64,000 bases of DNA from Thermodesulfovibrionales bacterium (GTDB taxonomy: Bacteria > Nitrospirota > Thermodesulfovibrionia > Thermodesulfovibrionales > JdFR-86). The notes beneath the pieces are model-generated. The model ran no database searches and was not told the origin of the DNA. It saw only the letters and a list, made by a program, of their open reading frames with translations. The stretch lies in contig JAUXOF010000082.1 in NCBI GenBank assembly GCA_030682405.1, positions 1,211-65,210 on the forward strand, given 5' to 3'. The stretch's first letter is position 1. Each line of letters opens with the position of its first letter. The translations under genes and the position numbers were made by a program. This document shows, piece by piece, positions 38,913 to 50,973 of the stretch.

Positions 38913-39536
38913 TCAATTGCCGCCGGGCCTGTCGAACATCTCATCCGCTGCGTTTTCAATCTTCTGATTTCTTTGTTCCGCCCGTTCTTTTATCTCCTCC
39001 GCATCTTTTTTCATCTCTAAAAAAGAAGAGACCGTTACTTTCATATAAGAGCTGAAAAGGTATGCGAGCACAAAGAGCGCAAGCGCTATGCGAAGGACAT
39101 TGCCTATCTGCCTCATCCCCAGGGCGCGGCTTGCCTTGCCGATGGCGATGAACCCGACGACAATGCCCGCAAGCCCGGCGATTATCTTAAAAACAGGATT
39201 CTTGCCGAAATCCTTGTTTGCGATAATCTTTTCCTTTGCGAAATCCGACCAACCCCTCTTTTGGGCCTCCTCAGGGGCCTCCGGGGCAGTCATTGGGGCG
39301 GCCATGTTTAATATCCCAGAGCGCGGCTCCTTCTCTTCAGGCTGCCTGCTTATGAGCACGGCCTTTTTCCTGTATTTTAGAGGTATGGAGTCAAGGTCGT
39401 CCGTATAGCATTCGGTGCCTGATTTATCCGTATACCTGTAGATATCGGCAGCACTCCAAGAGGCAAAGATAAAACACTCAATGCCGGCAAGAAAAAGCAG
39501 CATGATTGAAGCATTTCTTAGTTCGGTCATGTTCAT
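38913..39536 (-). CDS. DUF4124-like protein with C-terminal TM region
   Basis: Signal/TM, then ADIYRYTDKSGTECYTDD (DUF4124 pattern). Start probably the internal Met at 39536 or 39530. Confidence 0.5.
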   Translation of the reverse strand: MNMTELRNASIMLLFLAGIECFIFASWSAADIYRYTDKSGTECYTDDLDSIPLKYRKKAVLISRQPEEKEPRSGILNMAAPMTAPEAPEEAQKRGWSDFAKEKIIANKDFGKNPVFKIIAGLAGIVVGFIAIGKASRALGMRQIGNVLRIALALFVLAYLFSSYMKVTVSSFLEMKKDAEEIKERAEQRNQKIENAADEMFDRPGGN

Positions 39537-39704
39537 GAGATACTTGCCTTTAAATATAATCACGGCACCCCGCTGTGTCAATCTTTAATCCGGCTATAGG
39601 AACCGTAAAGCAATCCCGCCATTCTGAGGGGGGCGCATAAAACTTTACACAGTTTCAGCCGTATGATAATATAAGGGATACTTCCTTTATGAGACCTTAA
39701 TGTT

Positions 39705-40634
39705 ATGTTAAAAGACAAAGCCATAGGAATAGATGTAGGCGGCACGAACCTGCGGGCAGCTCTTGTCTCCGCTGACGGCGCTATAATAAAGAAGCTCAAG
39801 GAAACCACCACGGGAAACGTGATGGATGCGCTCAAGATGGCCATCGAGAGCCTCATGGACGACAGCGTCGTGGGCATAGGCATGGGGGTGGCCGGCCTTA
39901 TCAATAGGAAAGAAAAGAAGGTGATTATCTCGCCCAACATCCCTGCCATAAACGGTCAGGACTTCGGCGGCCTCGGCGGCGGAGTTCCCGTGTTCATAGA
40001 AAACGACGCCAGCACGGCTGCGCTCGGAGAAATGTGGATGGGCGCAGGCAGGGACTTTGAGAGCTTCGTCCTCCTTACCCTCGGCACCGGCATAGGCGGG
40101 GGTTTCATCCACAAGGGCAAGCTCCTTGACGTAGCGGCCGAGGCGGGCCACATGAGCATAGAGCAGGGCGGGAGGAAATGCCCCTGCGGCAGTTACGGAT
40201 GCCTTGAGACTTACGCCTCCGCAAGGGCGATAACCGGCGCCGTCACAAAGGCGATAGAAAACGGCGCTGAAAGCGCCGTGTTTAAGGATTACGCCGGAGG
40301 CAACATCTATAAGCTCACGCCGGAGGACATATACAGGGCCGCCTTTGACGGCGACAACCTCGCAAGGGAGGCGTTAAAGGACGCCGGCAAATACCTCGGC
40401 ATCGGCATTGCAAACCTGATAAACATCATGAGCCCCGAGGCCGTCATACTGGCCGGCGGGCTTATCGGCGCATGGGACATATACATAAACGAGGCCGTCA
40501 AGGAAGCCTCAAAAAGGGCGTTCAAGAGCCTTTCTGAGAATATAAAGATATTGCCTGCATCAAGGGGAGACGACGCCGGCGTCCTCGGTGCGGCCCATCT
40601 GGTTTTCCATGGAGAAAAAGCCTATACCTGCTGA
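39705..40634 (+). CDS. ROK-family glucokinase
   Basis: GIDVGGTN N-terminus. ROK zinc motif [25 protein letters not shown]. Confidence 0.85.
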   Translation: MLKDKAIGIDVGGTNLRAALVSADGAIIKKLKETTTGNVMDALKMAIESLMDDSVVGIGMGVAGLINRKEKKVIISPNIPAINGQDFGGLGGGVPVFIENDASTAALGEMWMGAGRDFESFVLLTLGTGIGGGFIHKGKLLDVAAEAGHMSIEQGGRKCPCGSYGCLETYASARAITGAVTKAIENGAESAVFKDYAGGNIYKLTPEDIYRAAFDGDNLAREALKDAGKYLGIGIANLINIMSPEAVILAGGLIGAWDIYINEAVKEASKRAFKSLSENIKILPASRGDDAGVLGAAHLVFHGEKAYTC

Positions 40635-42435
40635 ACGCGATACAAGCCCTAAAAGAATCAGGAACTTCTCGATAATCGCCCACATAGACCACGGCAAGTC
40701 CACCCTTGCCGACAGGCTTCTTGAGCGCACGGGCGCGGTCAGCCGCTCAAAGATGACTGAGCAGATGCTGGACTCCATGGACCTTGAGAGGGAGAGGGGC
40801 ATAACCATCAAGGCCCATGCCGTGAGGCTCGACTACAGGGCCGAAGACGGCAGCGATTATATCCTCAACCTGATAGACACGCCCGGGCACGTGGACTTCT
40901 CCTACGAGGTCTCGCGGAGCCTTGCCTCGTGCGAGGGCGCTCTCCTCTTGGTGGATGCGGCACAGGGGCTTCAGGCCCAGAGCTTTGCAAACGCATACCT
41001 TGCAATAGACAACAACCTTGAGATAATACCGGTGATAAACAAAATAGACCTGCCGTCCGCCGACCCGGAGCGGGTGAGGGAGCAGATAGAAAATGCCCTT
41101 CCCCTCAAGGGCTCGGAGATACTGCTTACGAGCGCCAAGGAGGGCACTGGAATCAATGAGATTATCGAGGCGATAGTCGCAAGGATACCCCCGCCCTCGG
41201 GCAGGGACGAAAACCCGCTTAAGGCCCTGATATTCGATTCGTGGTTTGACAACTACCGCGGGGTCGTAGTGCTCGTGAGGGTGTTTGACGGCATAGTGAG
41301 GCCGGGGATGAAAATCAGGCTCATGGGTTCGGGCAAGGAATTAGATGTGGCCGAGGTCGGCTACTTCAGGCCCAAGATTAGTCCTGCCGAAGCGCTGTCT
41401 TCAGGAGAGGTCGGCTATGTAATAGCAGGGATTAAGACTATCACCGACACAAAAGTAGGGGACACGATAACCAATGCCGCAAGGCCTGCGTCCGAGCCGT
41501 GCCCCGGGTACAAGGAAGTAAAACCCATGGTATTTTGCGGCCTGTACCCCACAGAGACCGGGCAGTTTGAGGCACTCAAGGATGCAGTGGAGAAACTGAG
41601 GCTCAACGACTCCTCGTTCAGCTACGAGCCGGAGACCTCCTTGGCGTTGGGATTCGGCTTCAGGTGCGGGTTTCTGGGGCTACTGCATATGGACATCATC
41701 AGGGAAAGGCTTGAGAGGGAGTTTCGTCTCTCCCTCATATGCACCCCCCCCACCGTCACTTACAAGGTGACAGGGCATAAGGGGGACGTCAGTCTTATCC
41801 ACAACCCCAACCTGCTTTCCGGAAAGACGATTTCAGTGGAGGAGCCTTATGTCAGGGCCGTGATATTCGTGCCGCAGACCTTCGTAGGCCCGGTGCTTGA
41901 CCTCTGCCAGCAAAAAAGAGGGGCTCAGACGGAATTCAACTTCATAAGCGCCGACAGGATAATGCTCGCCTATGAGCTTCCCCTCGGCGAGATACTGTGG
42001 GATTTCTTTGATAAGCTTAAGTCCGTCACAAAGGGCTACGCCTCGCTGGATTACGAGTTTATAGGCTGGCGCGAGGGCGATGTGGTCAGGCTCGACATAC
42101 TCCTTAACGGCGAGCCTGTGGATGCCCTGTCCTTGATTGTTCACAGGGATAAGGCTTATCATAAAGGCCGTCAGGTCGTGGACAAGCTCCGCGAGGTAAT
42201 CCCGAGGCAGCTCTTCGAGGTGGTCATTCAGGCCGCCATAGGCGGCAAGGTCATCGCGCGGCAGAGCGTGAAGGCCATGAGGAAGGACGTCATCGCAAAG
42301 TGCTACGGCGGAGACATAACGAGGAAAAGGAAGCTCCTTGAGAAACAAAGAGAAGGCAAAAAGAGGATGAAGCAGGTCGGAAGGATAGACATCCCGCAGG
42401 AGGCGTTCCTTGCCGCCTTGAGCACGGAGGGATAG
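40609..42435 (+). CDS. lepA: Elongation factor 4
   Basis: [35 protein letters not shown]. Start reassigned to the ATG at 40609. Confidence 0.95.
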   Translation: MEKKPIPAERDTSPKRIRNFSIIAHIDHGKSTLADRLLERTGAVSRSKMTEQMLDSMDLERERGITIKAHAVRLDYRAEDGSDYILNLIDTPGHVDFSYEVSRSLASCEGALLLVDAAQGLQAQSFANAYLAIDNNLEIIPVINKIDLPSADPERVREQIENALPLKGSEILLTSAKEGTGINEIIEAIVARIPPPSGRDENPLKALIFDSWFDNYRGVVVLVRVFDGIVRPGMKIRLMGSGKELDVAEVGYFRPKISPAEALSSGEVGYVIAGIKTITDTKVGDTITNAARPASEPCPGYKEVKPMVFCGLYPTETGQFEALKDAVEKLRLNDSSFSYEPETSLALGFGFRCGFLGLLHMDIIRERLEREFRLSLICTPPTVTYKVTGHKGDVSLIHNPNLLSGKTISVEEPYVRAVIFVPQTFVGPVLDLCQQKRGAQTEFNFISADRIMLAYELPLGEILWDFFDKLKSVTKGYASLDYEFIGWREGDVVRLDILLNGEPVDALSLIVHRDKAYHKGRQVVDKLREVIPRQLFEVVIQAAIGGKVIARQSVKAMRKDVIAKCYGGDITRKRKLLEKQREGKKRMKQVGRIDIPQEAFLAALSTEG

Positions 42436-42441
42436 GCCGGC

Positions 42442-43065
42442 ATGGTAAAGCTGAAGAGGAGCAAAAAGAGGCTCGTATGGGAGTACATCGAGGCCATAGT
42501 CACCGCGCTTCTGCTCGCCCTCCTTATCAGGGCGTATGTGGTTCAGGCATTTAAGATACCCACTGGCTCTATGATACCTACCCTGCTTGTAGGAGACCAC
42601 ATACTCGTCAACAAGTTCATCTACGGGGTTAAGCTCCCGTTCAGCGACAGGCGCGTCCTTGACTTCAAAAAGCCCCGGAGGGGCGACATCGTAGTCTTTA
42701 AATACCCCGAAGACCCTGACAGGGATTTCATAAAAAGGATAGCCGCCGCACCCGGGGATGTGATAGAATCAAAGGACAAGACGATATACGTAAACGGGCA
42801 GCCCGTAAGCGAGCCGTACGCAAGGCATACGGACGAGGATGTGAAGCCCTCGGGCATAGAGCCGAGGGACAATTTCGGGCCGCTAATAGTCCCTAAGGAC
42901 AAGTATTTTACAATGGGCGACAACCGGGACCAGAGCTATGACAGCAGGTACTGGGGGTATGTGCAGGCGAAAGACATAAAAGGCAAGGCATTCATAATCT
43001 ACTGGTCGTGGAACAGCGAAGAGCGCCTGCCGAGAATGGGCAGGCTTGCCCATCTGGTGCGCTGA
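42442..43065 (+). CDS. lepB: Signal peptidase I
   Basis: SGSMIPTL catalytic Ser box, GDHILVNKF, GDNRDQSYDSRYWG. Confidence 0.9.
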   Translation: MVKLKRSKKRLVWEYIEAIVTALLLALLIRAYVVQAFKIPTGSMIPTLLVGDHILVNKFIYGVKLPFSDRRVLDFKKPRRGDIVVFKYPEDPDRDFIKRIAAAPGDVIESKDKTIYVNGQPVSEPYARHTDEDVKPSGIEPRDNFGPLIVPKDKYFTMGDNRDQSYDSRYWGYVQAKDIKGKAFIIYWSWNSEERLPRMGRLAHLVR

Positions 43066-43403
43066 TGTTTAGCTGGAAAACCATAAAGTCGCTGCTATGG
43101 CTCGCGCTGTTTGCGCTCTTGGTGTACTCTGCAGCCATGTTTTCAATGCCCTACTACAGGCATTACGCCCTTGAGGCGGACCTCAAAGACATAATCACCT
43201 ACCACTTCGACCCGCCCGAGCTCAAGGCGCTGATACTTGAGCAGGTGGAGAAGAGCGACGCACCCATCAACCCTTCGGACGTGGCGATAGTGTTCGGAGA
43301 AAAAGGGAGCGTTGTACTGAAGATAACGTGGTCTGAGACCGTCAACATCCTTGACCTCTACTCAAGGAAAATAGACTTTAAAATCGAGTTGAACAAAATC
43401 TGA
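43065..43403 (+). CDS. Hypothetical membrane-anchored protein
   Basis: Start ATG overlaps the lepB stop. N-terminal TM helix (LLWLALFALLVYSAAMF). Confidence 0.4.
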   Translation: MFSWKTIKSLLWLALFALLVYSAAMFSMPYYRHYALEADLKDIITYHFDPPELKALILEQVEKSDAPINPSDVAIVFGEKGSVVLKITWSETVNILDLYSRKIDFKIELNKI

Positions 43404-44050
43404 TGTTTACCGGCCTTGTGGCGGAGATGGGCACTGTGGTCTCCCTGAGGAGAAAAGGCGCGGCTGCCGTGCTTTCGGTCTCGGCCCCTCTCGTGGGCGT
43501 AAAAATCGGAGACAGCATCTCTGTAAGCGGCGCATGCCTTACCGTGACCTCCTCAGACAGCGGGATACTGCACTTTGACCTTTCGGACGAGACGCTAAGG
43601 AGCACGAACCTTGTTGAACTTAAGGCGGGAGGCAGGGTGAATCTTGAGCCCTCATTAAGGGCGGACGGAAGGCTCGGCGGGCACTTTGTGACAGGGCATG
43701 TGGATGCAGTGGGGAGCATCAGGAAAAAGACAAAGGAGGGGGGCATGCTTAAGTTTGAAATCAGCGCCCCGCCTCATGTGATGGAACTCCTCGTGCCCAA
43801 AGGCTCGGTTGCCTTGGACGGCATAAGCCTCACAGTGGTGGACGTCTTAGAGGACGGCTTTACAATTGTCATAATACCCCATACCGCGGTGGTTACGACC
43901 ATCGGCTCTAAATCGCCCGGAGACGGCGTAAACATAGAGACGGACATAATAGGCAAATACGTATACAGAATCCTCGGGAGGGGGGAGTACAAAGGAGTCC
44001 ACGGGGGTTCCGGCCTTATGGGAAAACTTAAGGAAGAGGGGTTTTTATAA
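43403..44050 (+). CDS. ribE: Riboflavin synthase alpha chain
   Basis: MFTGLV start. Duplicated lumazine-binding repeats ([13 protein letters not shown] / [12 protein letters not shown]). Confidence 0.9.
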   Translation: MFTGLVAEMGTVVSLRRKGAAAVLSVSAPLVGVKIGDSISVSGACLTVTSSDSGILHFDLSDETLRSTNLVELKAGGRVNLEPSLRADGRLGGHFVTGHVDAVGSIRKKTKEGGMLKFEISAPPHVMELLVPKGSVALDGISLTVVDVLEDGFTIVIIPHTAVVTTIGSKSPGDGVNIETDIIGKYVYRILGRGEYKGVHGGSGLMGKLKEEGFL

Positions 44051-45261
44051 TGCAAAAATACAAATTCGATGCCATAGAGGAAGCGCTTCGGGACATGGCC
44101 GAAGGCAGGATGGTCATACTCGTTGACGACGAGGACAGGGAAAACGAGGGAGACCTCTGCATGGCTGCTGAAAAGGTCACGCCAGAGGCGGTAAACTTCA
44201 TGGCCAAATACGGCAGGGGGCTTATCTGCCTGTCCCTTACGCTGGAACGCATAGAGGCCCTGAAGCTCCCCATGATGACAGATGAAAACACATCCCAGTT
44301 CGGCACTGCATTTACAGTATCCATAGAGGCCAAAAAGGGCGTGACCACCGGCATCTCGGCTCACGACAGGGCAAGGACGGTTCTCACCGCCATAGCGCCG
44401 GAGACCGGGCCGGAGGACCTTGCAAGGCCGGGCCATGTATTCCCCCTGAGGGCAAAGCCCGGGGGGGTGCTTCAGAGGGCCGGACAGACGGAAGGCTCCG
44501 TAGACCTTGCAAGGCTTTCAGGACTGTATCCCGCAGGCGTCATATGCGAGATAATGAGCGATGACGGCACAATGGCAAGGGTCCCTGAGCTTCAGGAGTT
44601 TGCAAGGAGGCACGGCCTGAAGATAGTCACGATAAAAGACCTTATCAACTACAGGATGCGCTCCGAGATGTTCGTAAACAGGATAGCGGACGTGACCCTG
44701 CCCACGGACTACGGCGAGTTCAGGGCAGTGGCTTATTCAAACGACGTTGACGCCAACATCCACATAGCGCTCATAAAGGGAGAGATAAACCACAGGGACA
44801 AGGTCCTCGTCAGGGTCCATTCGGAGTGCCTCACAGGCGATGTGTTCGGCTCAAAAAGGTGCGACTGCGGCCCACAGCTCCATAAGGCCATGCAGATTAT
44901 AGAGCAGGAGGGAAAGGGCGTTGTCCTTTACATGAGGCAGGAGGGAAGGGGCATAGGAATCGCCAACAAGCTCAGGGCCTACGAGCTTCAGGACGGGGGG
45001 CTTGACACTGTGGAGGCCAACATAAAGTTAGGCTTTAAGCCGGACCTCAGGGACTACGGCATAGGCGCACAGATACTCGTTGATTTAGGAGTAAGGCAGA
45101 TGAGGCTCATGACGAATAACCCCAAAAAGATAATCGGGCTTGAGGGCTATGGCCTTAAGATGGTAGAGAGGGTGCCGATAGAGTCCAAGCCCCACGAAAA
45201 GAACATCGCCTACCTTAAGGCCAAGAAGAAAAAACTCGGGCATATGCTGGAGAGCGTCTAA
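44050..45261 (+). CDS. ribBA: Bifunctional 3,4-dihydroxy-2-butanone-4-phosphate synthase / GTP cyclohydrolase II
   Basis: [11 protein letters not shown], and [22 protein letters not shown] zinc site. Confidence 0.95.
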   Translation: MQKYKFDAIEEALRDMAEGRMVILVDDEDRENEGDLCMAAEKVTPEAVNFMAKYGRGLICLSLTLERIEALKLPMMTDENTSQFGTAFTVSIEAKKGVTTGISAHDRARTVLTAIAPETGPEDLARPGHVFPLRAKPGGVLQRAGQTEGSVDLARLSGLYPAGVICEIMSDDGTMARVPELQEFARRHGLKIVTIKDLINYRMRSEMFVNRIADVTLPTDYGEFRAVAYSNDVDANIHIALIKGEINHRDKVLVRVHSECLTGDVFGSKRCDCGPQLHKAMQIIEQEGKGVVLYMRQEGRGIGIANKLRAYELQDGGLDTVEANIKLGFKPDLRDYGIGAQILVDLGVRQMRLMTNNPKKIIGLEGYGLKMVERVPIESKPHEKNIAYLKAKKKKLGHMLESV

Positions 45262-45433
45262 GGCCCCATCCCTCTGCCCGCATTTATTGCGCCCCTTCGC
45301 AAAAAACCGTTTCACTTTTGGCCATATCCTTTCCATGAAAAAGTGTCTAATTCGTCATTAACAGACTTTTTCAGGGGTCTCATATTGATAAGAAAGAGAA
45401 TTTAGGATTACCCGAATTCTTTGTAAGGTTTCT

Positions 45434-45775
45434 CTAAAGCTCCAGGAGTTCCTTCAGTGCGGCATTAAGAGAACTCAAGTCGTCAAGAGAAAGCGCTCCC
45501 AGCTTCTTTAAGACCAATGCCTGCTCAATAGACGATACGGCAGGTTTTATTGCAGAGGGTTTCAATAGATTGGCTTCTTTCCAGTCCTTGATAAGGCACG
45601 AGCCAACATCAAAGGACTTCCCTATCTGACTCGTAACAGCCATGATAATTATGTCTTTTGAGACGGTATTATAGCGAGATGAACTGATTACTACTGCCGG
45701 GCGCTTTTTGGTGGTCGTCTGGTCGCTAAAGGGGAAGGGAACGAGGACTATATCTCCTCGTTTATAGACTGTCAT
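45434..45775 (-). CDS. MazF/PemK-family toxin
   Basis: MTVYKRGDIVLVPFPFSDQTTTKKRPAVVIS. Start reassigned to 45775. Confidence 0.8.
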   Translation of the reverse strand: MTVYKRGDIVLVPFPFSDQTTTKKRPAVVISSSRYNTVSKDIIIMAVTSQIGKSFDVGSCLIKDWKEANLLKPSAIKPAVSSIEQALVLKKLGALSLDDLSSLNAALKELLEL

Positions 45776-45959
45776 AGACGGCGTCCTCTTCGTTATCCCA
45801 GACCTTCTCAAAGGATTTGCGGGACAACTCATGGGATGCCCTTATAAGCCGCTCTTTTTCTTCTTTTATTTCCAGAAATTGGATAAAATCATAAACCTCC
45901 AGAAGAAAACTCTCCGGCATTTTCTCTATCTCAATTTTAATCAATTCTTTTACTGACAT
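45762..45959 (-). CDS. Putative antitoxin (DUF2281-like) of the MazF-family toxin
   Basis: 65 aa. MSVKELIKIEIEKMPESFLLEVYDFIQFLE. Overlaps the toxin start. Confidence 0.5.
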   Translation of the reverse strand: MSVKELIKIEIEKMPESFLLEVYDFIQFLEIKEEKERLIRASHELSRKSFEKVWDNEEDAVYDSL

Positions 45960-46165
45960 AGCATACCTCCTTCTTAAACAAATTATACATGAACATGATG
46001 TTTTTTTCATTCCGTGTTTCCGCGGGCAACAGGATAGGATAGAAGAACGCTCCCAAATAACCCCCTATTTTTAAAGGGTTTTTGCTTTCTTTAATGCCCA
46101 CTTTAATGTAGAATTAAGGCCCGATAATATGGTAAAATAAACGGTTTAAAGAGGGGGATTGATTC

Positions 46166-48577
46166 ATGCCTTATTTGCCCGTAAGCATAGAAGCCGAGAT
46201 GAAGGTTTCCTATCTTGATTACGCTATGAGCGTAATCATAGGGAGGGCCTTGCCCGAGGTAAGGGATGGGCTTAAGCCTGTCCAGAGGAGGATACTCTAT
46301 GCGATGTTGAAAGAAGGGCTTGTGCCCGGCAAAAAGCACTCAAAGTGCGCCGGAGTCGTGGGAGAGGTCTTAAAGAAATACCACCCCCACGGCGACACCG
46401 CTGTCTACGACGCCCTTGTGAGACTGGCTCAGAACTTCAACATGCGCTACCCCCTGATAGACGGGCAGGGCAATTTCGGCACGCTCGAAGACCCGCCCGC
46501 TGCATACAGGTACACCGAGGCGCGGCTGACAAAGATAGCCGAGGATATGCTTGCGGACATAGACAAAGAGACCGTTGACTTCGTGTCCAACTTCGATGAG
46601 ACAGCGGAGGAGCCGGTCGTCCTGCCGTCGAGGGTCCCCAACCTTCTCGTAAACGGCTCCACAGGCATTGCTGTCGGCATGGCCACGAACATCCCGCCCC
46701 ATAATCTTGGCGAGGTCGTAGACGGCCTCGTGATGCTCCTTGACAGCCCTGATGCGACGATTAATGACCTCATGGGGGTCGTAAAAGGCCCTGACTTTCC
46801 GACAGGCGGGTTTATTCACGGCACCGAGGGCATAGTCTCCGCATACACCAACGGCAGGGGACTCATAAGGGTGAGGGCAAGGGCAAAGGTCGAGCGCGAG
46901 CACAAGGGAGGCGAAAACATAATAATCACGGAGTTTCCCTATCAGGTGAGCAAGGCGCGGGTGATAGAGAAGATAGTAGAGCTCCTCCGCGACAAGCGCA
47001 TAGAGGGCATATCCGAGATACGGGACGAATCCGACAGGGACGGCACAAGGGTCGTCATCGAGCTTAAGCGGGGGGAGTCTGCCGAGGTGCTCCTCAACAA
47101 CCTCTATAAGCACACACAGCTTGAGTCCACCTTCGGCGTAATAATGCTCACTATTGTCGGAGGCCAGCCCCGCATACTGAAACTCAAGGAGCTTCTCAGC
47201 TATTTCCTCCAGCACAGAAGGGACGTTGTTTTAAGGAGAACCCGGTTTGAACTGAGGAAGGCGGAGCAGAGGGCCCACATCCTTGAGGGGCTTAAGATTG
47301 CGCTTGATTACCTCGACGCTGTCATAGCCTTCATCAGGCAGGCCAAGACCCCGGATGACGCAAGGGAAGGGCTGATGATGAGCTACGGCCTCACCCAGAT
47401 ACAGGCTCAGGCCATACTGGATATGAAGCTCCAGAGGCTCACCGGGCTTGAGAGGGAAAAGATAATAGAGGAGTACAAAGAAACCATTAAAGAGATGGAA
47501 AGACTGAGGGCCATTCTGGGGAGCGAGGCCATAGTCTCAAAGATAATCAAGGACGAGCTGCTTGAGCTCCGCGGCAAATACGCGGACGAAAGAAGGACGG
47601 AGATTTCCGAGGAGACAAAGGAAATAAACATAGAGGACCTCATAACAGAGGAAGAAATGATCATCACGGTTTCCCATCAGGGCTATATAAAGAGAAACCC
47701 GTCTTCCGCCTACAGAAGCCAGAGGAGGGGGGGCAAGGGATTGATAGGGATGGAGACGAGGGAGGAGGACTTCGTAGAACAGCTCTTCACAGGCTCGACC
47801 CACGACTACATACTGTTTTTCAGCAACATGGGCCGTCTTTACTGGCTCAAGATATACCAGATACCGGAGGCGGGCCGCGCGGCAAAGGGAAAGGCCATGG
47901 TCAACCTGCTTCAACTGTCCGAGGGGGAGAGGATTACCACGGCCCTGCCTGTCAAGGACTTTAAGGAAGGTTTTCTTGTGATGTTCACCAAAAACGGCCT
48001 TGTGAAAAAGACCCGGCTTGAGGAATATTCAAACCCCCGCGGCAAGGGCATAATAGCCGCCTCTCTTAACAAAGGGGACGAACTCATAGCGGTCAGAAAA
48101 ACCGACGGCAGGAGCGACCTCTTGATAGGCACGGCAAAAGGCTTTGCCATAAGGTTCAACGAGGAGGACGCAAGGACGGTCGGCAGGACGGGAAAAGGGG
48201 TCAAAGGAATAAAACTCAGGAGCGGCGACGGGATAGTCTCGGCAGAGGTGATAAAGGAGAAAACGACCCTTCTTACCGTCACTGAAAATGGCATAGGCAA
48301 GAGGTCCAAGATAGAGGAATACCCTGTTCAGGGCAGGGGCGGGATGGGGGTCATCTCCATAAAGCTCACGCCCAAGGGCGGCAAGGCCTTGGGCCTGATG
48401 CAGGTTAGGGACGAGGACGAGGTCGTCATGATAACGAACTCGGGCAAGCTCATCATGACCAAGGCGGGCAACATCTCACTGCTGGGGAGAAGCACGCAGG
48501 GCGTAAGGCTTATGGACGTCGATGCCGACGACAAGATAGTGAGCATAGGCAAAGCAGAGAAGGACGTGCCGGTTTAG
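46166..48577 (+). CDS. gyrA: DNA gyrase subunit A
   Basis: 803 aa. [12 protein letters not shown], active-site [11 protein letters not shown]-terminal beta-pinwheel repeats. Confidence 0.95.
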   Translation: MPYLPVSIEAEMKVSYLDYAMSVIIGRALPEVRDGLKPVQRRILYAMLKEGLVPGKKHSKCAGVVGEVLKKYHPHGDTAVYDALVRLAQNFNMRYPLIDGQGNFGTLEDPPAAYRYTEARLTKIAEDMLADIDKETVDFVSNFDETAEEPVVLPSRVPNLLVNGSTGIAVGMATNIPPHNLGEVVDGLVMLLDSPDATINDLMGVVKGPDFPTGGFIHGTEGIVSAYTNGRGLIRVRARAKVEREHKGGENIIITEFPYQVSKARVIEKIVELLRDKRIEGISEIRDESDRDGTRVVIELKRGESAEVLLNNLYKHTQLESTFGVIMLTIVGGQPRILKLKELLSYFLQHRRDVVLRRTRFELRKAEQRAHILEGLKIALDYLDAVIAFIRQAKTPDDAREGLMMSYGLTQIQAQAILDMKLQRLTGLEREKIIEEYKETIKEMERLRAILGSEAIVSKIIKDELLELRGKYADERRTEISEETKEINIEDLITEEEMIITVSHQGYIKRNPSSAYRSQRRGGKGLIGMETREEDFVEQLFTGSTHDYILFFSNMGRLYWLKIYQIPEAGRAAKGKAMVNLLQLSEGERITTALPVKDFKEGFLVMFTKNGLVKKTRLEEYSNPRGKGIIAASLNKGDELIAVRKTDGRSDLLIGTAKGFAIRFNEEDARTVGRTGKGVKGIKLRSGDGIVSAEVIKEKTTLLTVTENGIGKRSKIEEYPVQGRGGMGVISIKLTPKGGKALGLMQVRDEDEVVMITNSGKLIMTKAGNISLLGRSTQGVRLMDVDADDKIVSIGKAEKDVPV

Positions 48578-48655
48578 CGCTAATTCCCCGCCTGTCTTGC
48601 CCGCACGGCATCTCTTATGGCAATATATGACATACAACTTTACGGAGGTCTTCAA

Positions 48656-49564
48656 ATGAAGCTTTCAAAAGCCGCATTAAATGTCTTCTGTCTCTCTATG
48701 GCTCTCGGCATGCTGTTTTTAGGGGGATGCAGGAAAAAGCCCGCGGCAGTGGTAGACGGAGATGCTATAACAAAGGCGATGGTTGACCGGGCGCTGAAGG
48801 AGAGGCTTGCGGAGCACAAGATTCAGGGACTTACAGTAGCCGGCGAGGCCATGCGGCAGGCCGTGCTTGAGCAGATTATCGCCCAGAGGCTGATGCTTCA
48901 GGCCGCAAAGGAGCTGAAGATTACGGCTACGGATGAGGAGACGGCCATGGAGATTGACTTCCAGAAAAAAAGCGCTGGCGAGGAGGCGTTTAACAAAGAC
49001 CTGAAGGAAAAAGGGCTTTTGATAAACGATTTGAGGCAGCAGGTGAAGGAAAAAATCACAATCGCCAAATTCATGGAAAACCTCGTGCCGGACGGCTCGG
49101 TTACGGAAGAAGAGATACGGGAGTACTACAAGGCAAGCCCGATGCCCTTCCTTATGCCCGAGAGTCTCCTACTGAGGTTCATCCAGACCGGCACCGAGGC
49201 CCAGGCAAAGGCTGTGCTTGCCGAGATGAAGGATACGGGGATTTCATTTGACAAGATGGCGGATACGCTCGGCAAGGGAAAAAGGGCTATAGTCAGCGAC
49301 TACGGCTGGACAGGATATGAGGCGTTCGGCCCTGAAATAAAGTCCGCGCTCAAAAAGCTCAAGGCCGGCTCGCACGGCGGGCCGTATAAGGGTGCGGGGG
49401 GCATTTACCTGCTGCGCATCAAGGAAAGGCAGACGCAGAGGCCTGAGACCCTTGAAGAGGCAAAAGACAAAATAAAGGCAATCCTCCTTGACAACAAGCG
49501 GCAGGCGGCTGTTGCCCACTGGGTTGCGGACAGAAGGGGCAAGGCGAAAGTCGCAATCAACTGA
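48656..49564 (+). CDS. PpiC/parvulin-type peptidyl-prolyl isomerase lipoprotein (PrsA/SurA-like)
   Basis: Start reassigned to the ATG at 48656 (RBS GGAGG). Lipobox FLGGC. Rotamase-like C-terminal part. Confidence 0.65.
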   Translation: MKLSKAALNVFCLSMALGMLFLGGCRKKPAAVVDGDAITKAMVDRALKERLAEHKIQGLTVAGEAMRQAVLEQIIAQRLMLQAAKELKITATDEETAMEIDFQKKSAGEEAFNKDLKEKGLLINDLRQQVKEKITIAKFMENLVPDGSVTEEEIREYYKASPMPFLMPESLLLRFIQTGTEAQAKAVLAEMKDTGISFDKMADTLGKGKRAIVSDYGWTGYEAFGPEIKSALKKLKAGSHGGPYKGAGGIYLLRIKERQTQRPETLEEAKDKIKAILLDNKRQAAVAHWVADRRGKAKVAIN

Positions 49565-49592
49565 ACCGGGATATGCCGGAGGAGGAAGGCCG

Positions 49593-50033
49593 ATGGCCTC
49601 TAAAGACAGGGATAAGGTTGTGATACGGTTAAAAGACGGCACAACGGTCAGGGGTTACCTTGAAAGCTTCTCGGACGAATCAAAAAGCGTCGCCATTGAG
49701 GAATCAGGCGAGGCCGACGGCAGAAAAATCCCCACCGACGAGTTGAAGGCGATATTTTTCGTGAGGTCCTTTGAGGGGGACAGCAAGCACCGGGAGGAGA
49801 AGTCTTACGGCAAAGGGCAAAAAAGGGGCAGAAAAATCTATGTCCGATTTCATGACAACGAGTCTCTCATGGGCTATCTTGAAAGCGAGATGTCCCGGCA
49901 GAAGGGATTCTATCTTTCCAAGCCTAACGACAAAAAAACAGGGTTTTTCGTCCTGCCCGTTGACAGCGGGGGGAATAACATACGCGTTTATGTCTTTCAT
50001 TCCGCAGTCAAAGACGTCGCTTCTATAGGTTAG
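49593..50033 (+). CDS. Hypothetical protein with internal duplication (two GYLES-containing halves)
   Basis: Start at 49593 after GGAGGAGGAAGG. Halves VVIRLKDGTTVRGYLESF... and IYVRFHDNESLMGYLESE... Confidence 0.4.
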   Translation: MASKDRDKVVIRLKDGTTVRGYLESFSDESKSVAIEESGEADGRKIPTDELKAIFFVRSFEGDSKHREEKSYGKGQKRGRKIYVRFHDNESLMGYLESEMSRQKGFYLSKPNDKKTGFFVLPVDSGGNNIRVYVFHSAVKDVASIG

Positions 50034-50037
50034 CCCG

Positions 50038-50961
50038 GTGCTGAGATACCTCATACAGGCATTGCTTCTTCTTTGCTGCCTTCCGGCTGCTGCTCAGGAG
50101 TTTGCCCCGCAGGACCTCGACAGGGTCGCGGCAGTGGTAAACAAAGAAGTCATAACATGGCTGGAGCTTTATAAGGCCATGGGGCTTGAACTTGACCGCG
50201 GCGCGGCGCCGATGGCCGACAAGGAAAAATTAAAGGTCTTCAAGGACAACGAGGCCTCGTTCCTAGAGGAAATGATAAATGCGAAGCTGCAGCTTCAGGA
50301 GGCCCGCAGGTTCGGCATCGGGGCCGGAGACAGGGAAGTGGAGTCAGCCATAAACAACATAAGAAAATCCTATTCCATGAATGCCGATGAATTCGCTAAG
50401 GCAGTGGAAAAAGAGGGGTTCACACTCGAAGAATACAGGAAAAGACTTTCAGATGAGATTATTTTCAGCAAGGTAATAGACCGCGAGGTCAGAAGCAAGG
50501 TAACCGTTACCGAGGAGGAAATCAACCGCTATCTGGAGGAAATCGGCAGGAGGCAGGGCGAAACATACAGGATACGGCAGATTTTTCTCCGGGACGGCGG
50601 GGACGTGAAGGAGCGGACAGGCGAGGTGCTCGAAAGGCTCAGGGCCGGAGAGGACTTTCAGGCCCTTGCAGCCGAGTACTCCGATGACCCCTCGGGCAAA
50701 AGGGGCGGCGACCTTGGTTCCGTTACATTGGACGACCTTGCCCCCGAATTTCAGGAGGCCTTAAGGACGCTGAAGCCCGGCGAGGTAAGCGCTCCGTTTA
50801 AGACCGCGCCCGGAACGCATATCATAAAACTCGAGGAACTGAAAAGAAGCGCTTACGACGAAGAGGCAAGGAAGGCGCTTTTGGAGAAGAAGTTCCCGGA
50901 AGAATATAAAAGATGGCTAAAACATCTCAGGGGAAAGTCCTTCGTAGAAATAAGGCTTTAG
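50038..50961 (+). CDS. SurA-like periplasmic chaperone / parvulin PPIase
   Basis: Signal peptide. SurA N-domain pattern (VAAVVNKEVITWLEL). Rotamase domain (DDPSGKRGGDLG...GEVSAPFKTAPGTHIIKL). Confidence 0.8.
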   Translation: MLRYLIQALLLLCCLPAAAQEFAPQDLDRVAAVVNKEVITWLELYKAMGLELDRGAAPMADKEKLKVFKDNEASFLEEMINAKLQLQEARRFGIGAGDREVESAINNIRKSYSMNADEFAKAVEKEGFTLEEYRKRLSDEIIFSKVIDREVRSKVTVTEEEINRYLEEIGRRQGETYRIRQIFLRDGGDVKERTGEVLERLRAGEDFQALAAEYSDDPSGKRGGDLGSVTLDDLAPEFQEALRTLKPGEVSAPFKTAPGTHIIKLEELKRSAYDEEARKALLEKKFPEEYKRWLKHLRGKSFVEIRL

Positions 50962-50973
50962 CCCTTAAGCTGC

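Noticed and set aside
46370-47215. Long antisense ORFs inside confidently assigned genes. Examples: 46370-47215 in gyrA, 58804-59553 in purH, 25737-26534 in the histidine kinase, 41833-42600 in lepA/lepB, 61226-62059 in GH57, 43774-44436 in ribE/ribBA.
   Set aside because: These are shadow ORFs, typical of GC-rich coding regions. Their translations are low-complexity or Arg/Pro/Leu-rich with no motifs, and the opposite strand carries unambiguous conserved proteins.
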